DNA of 25,983 nucleotides from a virus (Duplodnaviria; Caudoviricetes). The notes under the pieces are model-generated. The model was not told the origin of the DNA. It worked only from the letters and a program-made list of their open reading frames with translations, and did no database searches. Of this stretch, positions 1 to 7,389 are shown piece after piece. Position 1 is the stretch's first letter, and every line of letters starts with the position of its first letter. The stretch covers positions 1 through 25,983 of IMG/VR virus record IMGVR_UViG_3300020044_008930; one strand, given 5' to 3'. Both the position numbers and the translations under genes were made by a program.

Positions 1-3
1 GGG

Positions 4-880
4 CTTCTCTGGAAAATTTGCCGCTTGGCGGCTTGGCGCAGCGGGTTAACTGAAAGGCAAATGTGAGTAAATTATCTGATACTATTAACAGCAAATTGGC
101 GGAATATGGAATCACCCCTCACCCTAGTGAGGAAGAGACGCAACCCAAATCGGAGACGAATACTCTCCCGTATATCGAGCTGGTGCCGGTCATCTCGTCG
201 ATGGCGAGAGAGATCGGTGGGGTGCTCTCTCAGAATGGAGTCTTTGTCCGGCAGCGTGCTGCCATGACGGTCTCGCCGGATGGCCGCTTGGTGGAGATGA
301 CGGCGCGCCGCTTCCGTACCTATTGCGAGGAGCACCTTGTGACTTTCAAGTGGGCCACACCTTCTCCGAATGTTTTTGAAAAAAAGGCGCAAACCATGAC
401 GGTGGAGTCGGCCGCGACTATCCTGGAGTCCGATCAATTCCTCGCTCGTCAACGTGAGCTCATGCGCGTTGCCACGGTCCGGCAGCCGGTGAAGAGGAAG
501 GATGGGAGGGTGGAGTTGCTGGACTATGGGTATGATGCCGAGGCTCAAACATACACACAAAACTCGGGAGTGGAGTTTGCACATGATATGCCGCTCGATG
601 AGGCAAAGACGGTGTTGCGTAATCTTCTCAAGGAGTTCCCATTTGGGGATCGTCGATCAGATGGAGGATCGCGCAATGAGGCGATCGTCCTCGCATCGAT
701 GCTAGGCATGTATGCGGCCCCACTGCTCCGCCCATCGGCTAGGCGTCTCAACTTCATGTTCTCATCGAACTCAGTTGGCTCCGGTAAGACTTTGCTGGCC
801 CAGCTCGCCATCATCACAACGATCGGCTCATGTGACGTCCAGCCTGTGCCGTCTGCCGAGCGTCAAATTTTCCATAGAAG
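4..880. repeat. Imperfect 26-bp inverted repeat, 4-29 versus 855-880
   Basis: cttctctggaaaatttgccgcttggc (4-29) versus reverse complement of 855-880, cttctatggaaaatttgacgctcggc; 23/26 identical. Confidence 0.85.
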
Positions 881-986
881 TCGCACGCGGCAGCCGCCCT
901 CGCCGTATCTGGCTGAGGGTAGTTTTGTTCTGCCAACCGGATTGCCTCCCGACGCCAAAACCCCAGCACATCCCGCCGAGGCATAA
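63..986 (+). pseudogene. Truncated phage replicative helicase/P-loop NTPase; the genuine coding part probably ends near 855
   Basis: GTG start; Walker A-like SNSVGSGKTLLA near the end; after about 855 the frame reads into the antisense strand of the primase gene and becomes Pro-rich. Confidence 0.7.
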
Positions 987-1965
987 GGTCGGACAACGTC
1001 AAAGACGGAGACGACGGCGCAAAATAAAGAAGCTTCTGGATTTTCTCGCCACGCAGACACCCCGGCAGACGAGTCAATCGCACGGCACTAAGCGCGCCCG
1101 GGTCAGCACCAGCGACAACGAGACCCATGACCTTACGCTTTTCCTCATCCCATTCCTTCTTCGATCGAGCATCCACCCTGACCAGCGCATGGACAGAGCG
1201 CCCGCCTGAAGTCGTGATGGCCGCGATCCTCGGCATGATACGAGCCAAAGCAGCGAGCCAGAGCTTCACCGGAGCCTCATCAGACTCGAGGACCATCCAT
1301 CTCCAGGCCAACACCGACTCCTCGGAGCGTCGGGACATTTTCCCCAGGCGAGGATTTGGGCGAGACTTCCCATCCACCGGCTGGGCGAGAAACCAAATGC
1401 CTTCCGGTCCCGAAGTCGGTATCCGATCAGTCGGCCAGATCGCTTGGCCCTGGCTTTTGTATTCAGAAAAGACAACCACCCTCTCTCCGGCTGGAGCATT
1501 ATAAAGCCGAGCAAGGAACTCTTCAGCCGATACGGTAGCAGGATCGACCTCGGAACGATTCGCAAGCCAGACCAGATCGACCTTATCAGCCAGATCACCG
1601 GCAAGACGAGAGAGAGCATTGACATCAAAAATTCTTTTCTCTGGAGGCCTCGCTGGGCGGGTGGGAGCAAAGTGAGTTGACTCAGGAGCCGAGGCCGACC
1701 CGAGCAGATAGCCGTCAGCACCAGGACCATTCGCGGCGGAGCGGATCTTGTGCTCGAGTTCGTGCTCGGTCCAGCGATCCGCATTCCCTTGGTTCCACTC
1801 AGCCAACAAAGCCAAAGCATCCGAATGAGGAATCATAAATCCCTTCACCAGCGATTTGGCCGCCAGCAGTGTATGGGTATGTCCACCAGCCCCAGATATA
1901 GCCGGACCCACCTTTGCCAGATAACGACGCGCGCGCTCGATGACTGGAACTTTTTCCTTGCTCAC
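814..1965 (-). CDS. DNA primase: N-terminal PriCT-like helical domain plus RepB/AEP-type catalytic domain; C-terminal residues below 855 are probably chimeric
   Basis: Motifs WMVLESDE, TTSGGRSVHALVRVDA, DPGALSAVRLTRLPG; N-terminal LAEWN...WTEHELEHKIRSA; GTG at 1965 preceded by GGGGAGGGG. Confidence 0.75.
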   Translation of the reverse strand: MSKEKVPVIERARRYLAKVGPAISGAGGHTHTLLAAKSLVKGFMIPHSDALALLAEWNQGNADRWTEHELEHKIRSAANGPGADGYLLGSASAPESTHFAPTRPARPPEKRIFDVNALSRLAGDLADKVDLVWLANRSEVDPATVSAEEFLARLYNAPAGERVVVFSEYKSQGQAIWPTDRIPTSGPEGIWFLAQPVDGKSRPNPRLGKMSRRSEESVLAWRWMVLESDEAPVKLWLAALARIMPRIAAITTSGGRSVHALVRVDARSKKEWDEEKRKVMGLVVAGADPGALSAVRLTRLPGCLRGEKIQKLLYFAPSSPSLTLSDLMPRRDVLGFWRREAIRLAEQNYPQPDTARAAAACDFYGKFDARQTAQAGRHMSRSL

Positions 1966-2022
1966 AATCCCCTCCCCGTGCAGAGTCGGATCTTGTTGCA
2001 CACCGGCGACCACCCTAAAAAT

Positions 2023-2187
2023 ATGGGAGCCGTGTGGGAGTATCCCGCAAGTGCAACGAAATTAAGAAGTTCTACTGCCCTGTGGTGTAATGGTAAGGAT
2101 GGCGACACCGCATAAGATGCTGATTCACAGCAATAGCTTGCATCGTTTTGCAACATTTTCATTGAGGTATGTGGGAGCATGTGGGAG
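2023..2187 (+). other. Putative attP: tRNA-5'-like core at 2076-2096 flanked by two pairs of (A)TGTGGGAG arm-type repeats
   Basis: Repeats at 2023-2029 (atgggag), 2033-2040, 2169-2177 and 2179-2187; core tgccctgtggtgtaatggtaa; lies directly upstream of the integrase. Confidence 0.65.
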
Positions 2188-2196
2188 TTTGATGGC

Positions 2197-3231
2197 ATGG
2201 CACACTTGATTCGCAGCGCTAAGTCTCGTTTCTGGTTTCTTAGGTACAGAGATCTGGATACGGGACGATGGAGGGAACGATCCACCAGATGCGATGCGGA
2301 GGACTCTAAGGCGACTCGACGAGCGCAACGTATGGCGGAGGATGCGACGAGGCTGGAAGCGCAAGTCGGGCCTACCATCAAGGGTGAGTTTAGCGCTTGG
2401 GTTCCTGACTTTCTCGAGCGGCACTTCACGAATGTTCGATCGTTGAAGCGGTATCGGCTGGCTTGGGCGCGGCTCTCGGAGTGGCAACGATTGCGACGGG
2501 TGCGGCATCCGGCTGCGGTACGTTTTGAGCATGTGCAGGACTTCCTTGATTGGAGAAGGGCGGATGGGGCTTCGCAAAATACGGCCCGGCTGGAGTTAAA
2601 GTTTTTCTCCTTCGTCATGCAGGAGGCCATGCGACGGGAGTGGGCAGATAAGAATCCGCTCGCGTTGGCTAAGGTGCCGCGCAAGGCGTCGAAGGTGAAA
2701 AAAGAAATCAACGATGATGAGTTCAAGTTGGCTCGGCAGGCGTTTACGGCCCGCGATGGCGCGCCTTGGATGCTCACTGCTTTTGAGATCTGCGCGAATC
2801 TAGGGTGCCGATTCTCCGAGTCGGAGTTTGGAAAGGATGCGGTTGATTTTGATAAAGGCATGGTGACTATTGTGGATTCAAAGAGGGATGACACGGACCC
2901 GAGGAAATCTTTTTGCGTTCCTCTTCCTGCTACTTTGGCAGCCCATCTGAAGGGGGTATTTGAGAAGAGAGACCGCACTACCCCACCGCTCGGACTGAGC
3001 GGTGAGCATAATAGGCAGTTCAACAGAACGCTGAAGGAGGCCACGGGGGCGACTTCGCATTCGTTGAGGGTCTCCTTTGTGACTCGTTGCCACCGAGCGG
3101 GTCTGACGGAAGCGCAGGCCATGCGACTCACGAACCACTCCACTCGTTTAGTGCATTTGATTTATTCGCGGTTGAATTTTGCGGATGCTCAGGATGCGGC
3201 TGCAAAGGTGCCCCCGCCTGGTGGGATATAA
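2197..3231 (+). CDS. int: Tyrosine recombinase (phage integrase)
   Basis: Catalytic pattern GCRFSE (R), HSLRVSF (HxxR), NHS...IYSR (H, Y); N-terminal arm-binding-like segment FWFLRYRD..GRW..RST; start chosen at MAHL (upstream ATG 2179 lies inside the repeats). Confidence 0.93.
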   Translation: MAHLIRSAKSRFWFLRYRDLDTGRWRERSTRCDAEDSKATRRAQRMAEDATRLEAQVGPTIKGEFSAWVPDFLERHFTNVRSLKRYRLAWARLSEWQRLRRVRHPAAVRFEHVQDFLDWRRADGASQNTARLELKFFSFVMQEAMRREWADKNPLALAKVPRKASKVKKEINDDEFKLARQAFTARDGAPWMLTAFEICANLGCRFSESEFGKDAVDFDKGMVTIVDSKRDDTDPRKSFCVPLPATLAAHLKGVFEKRDRTTPPLGLSGEHNRQFNRTLKEATGATSHSLRVSFVTRCHRAGLTEAQAMRLTNHSTRLVHLIYSRLNFADAQDAAAKVPPPGGI

Positions 3232-3370
3232 AATCTCGCACCCAGCGCACCGTTGTCTTTCTGCCGTAAAACGGACACCCTTTTAGCTTCATGTAGGCGA
3301 TCTCGCGAAGAGAGAGACCGATGGTCTCTGCGATCTCATTTGGAAAGTGAAGGCGGTCAGGGTCCATCAT
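3128..3370 (-). CDS. Small basic HTH protein, putative excisionase; overlaps the int 3' end
   Basis: LHFPNEIAETIGLSLREIAYMKLKGCPF resembles a MerR/Xis-type winged HTH; adjacent and convergent to int; ATGA-coupled to the upstream gene. Confidence 0.6.
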   Translation of the reverse strand: MMDPDRLHFPNEIAETIGLSLREIAYMKLKGCPFYGRKTTVRWVRDFISHQAGAPLQPHPEHPQNSTANKSNALNEWSGS

Positions 3371-3561
3371 ATCTCGGGAGGGTTGGGGAATGGGGCCCAG
3401 TGGAGGACGGGTTCGTCTATGGCGTCTGCGCTGACGTAGCGCCATTGACCGGCATCGAGGAAGCCGGTCCAGACTTCCCCGCATTGCAGATGGATGAGCA
3501 CGGTAGTGTCATCGTCGGGCAGATCTTCATCTACCGATCGCCATTGTACGGAGGCACTCAT
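3367..3561 (-). CDS. DUF551-like small phage protein
   Basis: WRSVDEDLP...VL...VLHWAPFPNPP signature. Confidence 0.8.
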   Translation of the reverse strand: MSASVQWRSVDEDLPDDDTTVLIHLQCGEVWTGFLDAGQWRYVSADAIDEPVLHWAPFPNPPEI

Positions 3562-4217
3562 TATTCGGCTCCCTTCTCAAGCGACATAGCGGAGCATGTG
3601 CGGTGGATGGCGGCGATGGGCTGGAGGAGATCGCGGACCATGCGGAGGCGGCGGGCGTCCCAGGCGTCGGGGAACCCATCGTCTTCCTTGACCTTGCGAA
3701 GCCAGAGGTTAAATTGCATGTGGACGCCCTCGATGGTGACGAGGCCGACGCTGCGGTCATTGACGTTGAGGCGGGGCTTCGTGTCTTCTTCCCGGGTGAC
3801 TTCACCGGCTTTGATGCTGTTTTGGAGTTCGAGCGGGGTGAGTTTTTCCTTGTGGGCTCGATCGAGCCACTCTTCGGCATCGTAGGAGTTGGCACAGAGC
3901 TTCGCTGCGACACAGGCATGGGCATCGCTGGGGGCGGATGGGTGAGATCCATCGAGCTTCTCGAGGGCTTCGGAGGCCTTGAGGTCTTTAAATTCAAACT
4001 CCAGTTGCTTTTCGGCGGCGAGCACGATGGCGTCGCCAAATTGGCGGCGGCCTTCCATGCGCCAATCGGTCATCCACCGGAGACTCGATCCCCTGGCGGC
4101 GTGGACGTATCGCCCGATTTGCTCCCATTCTTCTTGCGTGGGGGTGCGGGTAAACATAAGGGCGCCTTGCGAAAACGTGCAAAGGCCTTCTGGTAAGGTG
4201 AGTTCTTTATTTGTCAT
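3561..4217 (-). CDS. LmbU-like DNA-binding phage protein
   Basis: PTQEEWEQIG...SSLRWMTDWRMEGRRQFG and EEWLDRAHKEKLTPLELQNSIK resemble the LmbU-like family; start trimmed to MTNKEL. Confidence 0.6.
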   Translation of the reverse strand: MTNKELTLPEGLCTFSQGALMFTRTPTQEEWEQIGRYVHAARGSSLRWMTDWRMEGRRQFGDAIVLAAEKQLEFEFKDLKASEALEKLDGSHPSAPSDAHACVAAKLCANSYDAEEWLDRAHKEKLTPLELQNSIKAGEVTREEDTKPRLNVNDRSVGLVTIEGVHMQFNLWLRKVKEDDGFPDAWDARRLRMVRDLLQPIAAIHRTCSAMSLEKGAE

Positions 4218-4222
4218 ATTAT

Positions 4223-4798
4223 TTATGCCTTTCTTTTTGCCCACGATTTGGTTGCGGCGGCGCGGTAGGTCTCCCGTGAGCTGGAGCCTTTGCGGAATTT
4301 GAAGACGTTGATTTTGAGGAGGTCGGCCCATGTGGTGACGTAGTAGCTCATGAGGGCGCGGGTGACTCCGAGCTCTCGGGCGACTTCGGCTTGGCTGTGG
4401 GTGCCGTTGAGCTCGGCGAGGCCGGTGGCGAGGGCGAGCCCACGCACCAGGGCGCGGAGGTTTTTGGTGGGCTTGCAGAGGAAGGAGACGATGAGGTTGA
4501 GCTGCTCGGCTTTGGCCCATTCGATCTCACGGGCGATCGTGGAGAGGTGCCAGGCATGGACGCGCTCGGCTTCCTCGAGGCCGAGGCGGAGATCTTCGGC
4601 GAGCTTCCACTCGGGGCGGTCCACGTCGAAGGCGGAGTCGGGGTCGGGGAAGGATTCCAGATACTCGGCATCCACGGTGGACAGGGCGGAGATGGGGGTG
4701 AGGGTGGCCGAGATGGTCGCTCGATCGAGGGGCTCGAGGCCGTCGAGCCAGTTGCGGAGGAGGGTGTCTTGCTCGATTTCTTGTGGCGTTTCCTTCAT
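4223..4798 (-). CDS. HTH DNA-binding protein (C-terminal HTH)
   Basis: SQAEVARELGVTRALMSYYV; strong GC3 codon bias. Confidence 0.75.
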   Translation of the reverse strand: MKETPQEIEQDTLLRNWLDGLEPLDRATISATLTPISALSTVDAEYLESFPDPDSAFDVDRPEWKLAEDLRLGLEEAERVHAWHLSTIAREIEWAKAEQLNLIVSFLCKPTKNLRALVRGLALATGLAELNGTHSQAEVARELGVTRALMSYYVTTWADLLKINVFKFRKGSSSRETYRAAATKSWAKRKA

Positions 4799-4803
4799 AG
4801 AGA

Positions 4804-4983
4804 TCAATCTTGGGCGAGTTGGGCGCGGAGTTGGCGGAAGGCCTCCCTGATCTCTTCGGGGGTGGCGGGGTCTTCGGGAGGTTGAGGGGGCGCGATGGGC
4901 TTCGGGGGAGATTGCCTCCGGGTGAGGCGATCGACGGCGGCGAGGTGGCGACGTGCGGCGGATAGGTGGGCTGTGAGGGTCAT
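4804..4983 (-). CDS. Hypothetical protein, 59 aa (not in ORF track)
   Basis: MTLTAHLSAARRHLAAVDRL...PATPEEIREAFRQLRAQLAQD*; fills the gap in the operon. Confidence 0.6.
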   Translation of the reverse strand: MTLTAHLSAARRHLAAVDRLTRRQSPPKPIAPPQPPEDPATPEEIREAFRQLRAQLAQD

Positions 4984-4990
4984 GGTTTTT

Positions 4991-5080
4991 TTATTGGGTG
5001 TCTTCGTCGGAAATGAGCCAGAGGAAGTAGCTGGTGAAGAGGAGCGCGAGGATGAAACCGGTAATGATCAGCAGTTTCAT
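4991..5080 (-). CDS. 29-aa single-TM microprotein (not in ORF track)
   Basis: MKLLIITGFILALLFTSYFLWLISDEDTQ*; ATGA overlap with the upstream gene. Confidence 0.6.
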   Translation of the reverse strand: MKLLIITGFILALLFTSYFLWLISDEDTQ

Positions 5081-5214
5081 TCTTGGTCTTCTTCAAAGCG
5101 GCGGCGGCGGGCCTTGCGGGCGCGCTCGCGTTCGCACTCGATGCCAAGGTGGAATGTCGTGTAGAGCGACATGAGGATGAGGGAGGCGGCGATGAGGGCG
5201 GTCGTGTCGCTCAT
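5077..5214 (-). CDS. 45-aa TM protein with basic tail
   Basis: MSDTTALIAASLILMSLYTTFHLGIECERERARKARRRRFEEDQE*; ATGA coupling on both sides. Confidence 0.65.
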   Translation of the reverse strand: MSDTTALIAASLILMSLYTTFHLGIECERERARKARRRRFEEDQE

Positions 5215-5423
5215 TGGGATGCCCTCCCATGGAGAAGCTCGCGGAGGGCGTTGCGTTGGCGCTCGAGGCGGCGACTGCACTCGCGGAGGGGAATGCCGTA
5301 GCCGGTGCCGCTGGCGGCGACGGCGGCTTCGGTCTCGGGAGTTTCGGTAGTCCACGCACTCTCGGGGAGGGCTTCGGCGCGGTCGCGGTTGGCCTCGATT
5401 TCGGTCCAGTTCGGCGTGCTCAT
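5211..5423 (-). CDS. Hypothetical protein, 70 aa
   Basis: MSTPNWTEIEAN...TPETEAAV...ECSRRLERQRN; ATGA coupling. Confidence 0.65.
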   Translation of the reverse strand: MSTPNWTEIEANRDRAEALPESAWTTETPETEAAVAASGTGYGIPLRECSRRLERQRNALRELLHGRASQ

Positions 5424-5539
5424 CGTGCAAGCCTCCAGGCGAAGAATGCCATTGAGATCACCGGCACGGTGAGGGTGAGGAAGTCTAAGAAAAAGCCGAT
5501 GCTGCGGCAGATAGTTTGTGGGTCGTGGAGGTCGATCAT
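5420..5539 (-). CDS. 39-aa TM microprotein (not in ORF track)
   Basis: MIDLHDPQTICRSIGFFLDFLTLTVPVISMAFFAWRLAR*; ATGA coupling on both sides. Confidence 0.6.
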   Translation of the reverse strand: MIDLHDPQTICRSIGFFLDFLTLTVPVISMAFFAWRLAR

Positions 5540-5706
5540 AAAATATTTTCTTTGTCTGAATTATTTTTTGCAAAGTCTCTCGCGATGAGAGATTGGATGT
5601 AACTCGAGAGAGTTCTGTGTTCCTCGCGTGCCTTGCAGAGCGCCATTTCAAGCATCTCTGCGGGCAGGGAGATTGATTTTTTGATGGTGGTTTGTTGTAT
5701 GTTCAT
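5536..5706 (-). CDS. 56-aa ribbon-helix-helix regulator in the Cro-like position (not in ORF track)
   Basis: MNIQQTTIKKSISLPAEMLEMALCKAREEHRTLSSYIQSLIARDF; typical RHH strand-helix-helix pattern. Confidence 0.8.
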   Translation of the reverse strand: MNIQQTTIKKSISLPAEMLEMALCKAREEHRTLSSYIQSLIARDFAKNNSDKENIL

Positions 5707-5723
5707 TTGCTACTTCTTCGCAA

Positions 5724-5752
5724 AAAGTAGGAAAAAGAAGGCATGGGGTCAA
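5724..5752 (-). promoter_or_regulatory. Sigma70-type leftward early promoter
   Basis: TTGACC (5752-5747), 17-bp spacer, TACTTT (5729-5724), just upstream of the ATG at 5706. Confidence 0.7.
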
Positions 5753-5805
5753 TACCTTATTTGGGAAAAAGTTGCTTTTTTTCTTACCTAGTGCGAAAGT
5801 CCCGC

Positions 5806-6111
5806 ATGCCCAATGATCCGTGTGTAAAAAAATCTATCTCGATGCCTGAGAGTTACTATCGACTCGCAAATATCCGCATCGAACAAGAGCGCTTAAAAGG
5901 CCTCACCGAATACGTTCAAATGCTGATCCGCAACGACACCACTCACTTGGTGAACGTGGTAAAGCCAAGCGCGGCAACAAACGGAAAACCCGCGTCCGTA
6001 AAGAAAACACCGAAGTTCAAAGTTGCTGGTGCCAAAACAATCAATCCGTCCGAGATTTCCGATGGTGGGTCATCAACTCTCCAGAAGGGGAAATTCCGCC
6101 GGACTGGATAG
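5806..6111 (+). CDS. RHH-domain regulator with low-complexity C-terminal tail, in the repressor-like position
   Basis: VKKSISMPESYYRLANIRIEQERLKGLTEYVQMLIRND; divergent from the other RHH gene. Confidence 0.7.
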   Translation: MPNDPCVKKSISMPESYYRLANIRIEQERLKGLTEYVQMLIRNDTTHLVNVVKPSAATNGKPASVKKTPKFKVAGAKTINPSEISDGGSSTLQKGKFRRTG

Positions 6112-6216
6112 GAAAAGTGATCGACCTTTCTACGCACCCTGACTCTGACCCCGACATGATGGGGGCGGGTGGGGGCTAATGTGCTGCTTACTATCGCTTT
6201 ACGCTAGTTGGTTTCC

Positions 6217-6696
6217 CTACGCCAGAACGTCGATTTTTTTTGAGACTCGGGAGCGGAGGGCGGCGAGCATGTCGCGCTCGGTCATGCCGGTCGCCCACTT
6301 CGGTCGGAGCTGGTAGTGGGGCTCGTCGTTGAATTTCCAACGGCCTCCCCACTCGAGGCCAAGGGATTCGCCGAGGGGTCCGAGCTCGCGATAGAATGCG
6401 TGGTCTCCGTAGTAGGTCTTGCCGTCTTTTGAAAATACGGCGATATCGAAAGCCAGTGAGTAGTTATGCATGGAGGCCCCACCGGCGGCGTTACTGACCC
6501 TAGGGCCGGGCGTGGTGCGGCCTTTGGCGTAGAGGGCGTCCTGCTCGGCCCATGTGCGGAGGCCACAGATGCATTTGACGTCGAGGTTGAGCGGGGCGGC
6601 GAGATTTTTGGCCGCGAGGATAAAGGAGGCGGCGCGGTCGTAGAGATCGGGGTGCAGGGTGGAGAGGTTGCGCTCGCTGCGTTCGTCGAGGTTCAT
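6217..6696 (-). CDS. Endolysin, peptidase M15 family (L-Ala-D-Glu peptidase-like)
   Basis: GLRTWAEQDALYAKGRT, SMHNYSLAFD (SxH...D), LEWGGRW, DEPHYQL. Confidence 0.92.
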   Translation of the reverse strand: MNLDERSERNLSTLHPDLYDRAASFILAAKNLAAPLNLDVKCICGLRTWAEQDALYAKGRTTPGPRVSNAAGGASMHNYSLAFDIAVFSKDGKTYYGDHAFYRELGPLGESLGLEWGGRWKFNDEPHYQLRPKWATGMTERDMLAALRSRVSKKIDVLA

Positions 6697-6941
6697 TTGT
6701 CTTTTAGTAATTTGGCTTCGCCGTATTTTGACCAGGCGAAGGCGATGGCGTTGTCGCCGGGCTTTTCGGGCGGCGTGTTGGGAATGTATTTTGCGCTGAT
6801 GGCGAGCTGGAGGTTGCCGAGCTCGCCGATGCGGTCTCCAAATGGCGGGATCGGCACGTTGACGCAACTTGTCAGGAATGCCATTCCGAGGAAGACGAAG
6901 GACAAGAGGACCATCAACAGCGCGATCCGGCGGGCGTTCAT
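6693..6941 (-). CDS. Lipoprotein in the lysis cassette (spanin candidate)
   Basis: Basic N-terminus, hydrophobic signal, lipobox LTSC, Pro-rich mature part. Confidence 0.65.
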   Translation of the reverse strand: MNARRIALLMVLLSFVFLGMAFLTSCVNVPIPPFGDRIGELGNLQLAISAKYIPNTPPEKPGDNAIAFAWSKYGEAKLLKDK

Positions 6942-7111
6942 TTTCCTTTGCGGATCACGTTGATGAGGCCGACGAGGCCAAGGCCTGCGGCGACAATTTG
7001 ATTTTGCAGATCGGGCTCGAGGTTCACGCCTGCCGCTGTGGCCAGCAGGATGAGCCCACGCCAGGTGGAATTTTCGGATAGCTTGTCGAGGATTTTAAAT
7101 AAAATGACCAT
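6938..7111 (-). CDS. Putative holin
   Basis: 57 aa, ENSTWRGLILL and two hydrophobic segments, basic C-terminus RKGK; upstream of the endolysin. Confidence 0.7.
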   Translation of the reverse strand: MVILFKILDKLSENSTWRGLILLATAAGVNLEPDLQNQIVAAGLGLVGLINVIRKGK

Positions 7112-7112
7112 A

Positions 7113-7388
7113 CTATTGGGGCCGCGTGTCAAGTTTCCGCTCCACTCTTTCGATGACGGATCTGGCAGATGCGATCACTGAAAGCATTTCGCTGTTGGCT
7201 GTTTTGAGGTGCTCCACAAACTCTTCGGTCTGTTTGTCCATGCGGGTTTGAAGCACGTCGAGGCGTCCGGTGAAGTAACGAAAAAGGGTGAAGACGGCGC
7301 CGAGGCCGATGACGAGGAGGCAGACAAAGAGCCAGCGGTCGGATTGACCGCTGGCGTAGTTCGTTAGCTCGAGGAGCTGCTTGTCCAT
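7113..7388 (-). CDS. Single-TM plus coiled-coil protein (BhlA-like holin/antiholin or inner spanin candidate)
   Basis: TM WLFVCLLVIGLGAVFTLF followed by an amphipathic helix; first gene of the lysis cluster. Confidence 0.6.
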   Translation of the reverse strand: MDKQLLELTNYASGQSDRWLFVCLLVIGLGAVFTLFRYFTGRLDVLQTRMDKQTEEFVEHLKTANSEMLSVIASARSVIERVERKLDTRPQ

Positions 7389-7389
7389 T

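Noticed and set aside
4-880. DGR-like template/variable repeat pair (two of three mismatches at A)
   Set aside because: Only 26 bp, inverted, at the window edge, and no reverse transcriptase is present
2076-2150. Complete tRNA gene
   Set aside because: Similarity stops at the D-loop; no anticodon arm, TTC-containing T-arm or matching acceptor 3' strand follows
1962-3143. 393-aa minus-strand ORF opposite the integrase
   Set aside because: Antisense shadow of a well-supported gene; Ser/Arg/Cys-rich with no recognisable motif
4218-4520. N-terminal extension of the 3561-4520 ORF
   Set aside because: Arg/Pro-rich alternate frame overlapping the HTH gene; MTNKEL at 4217 fits the operon packing
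6112-6216. Possible terminator or 20-codon ORF between the convergent RHH and endolysin genes
   Set aside because: Only a weak C-rich/G-rich pairing, no U-tract and no supporting start signal
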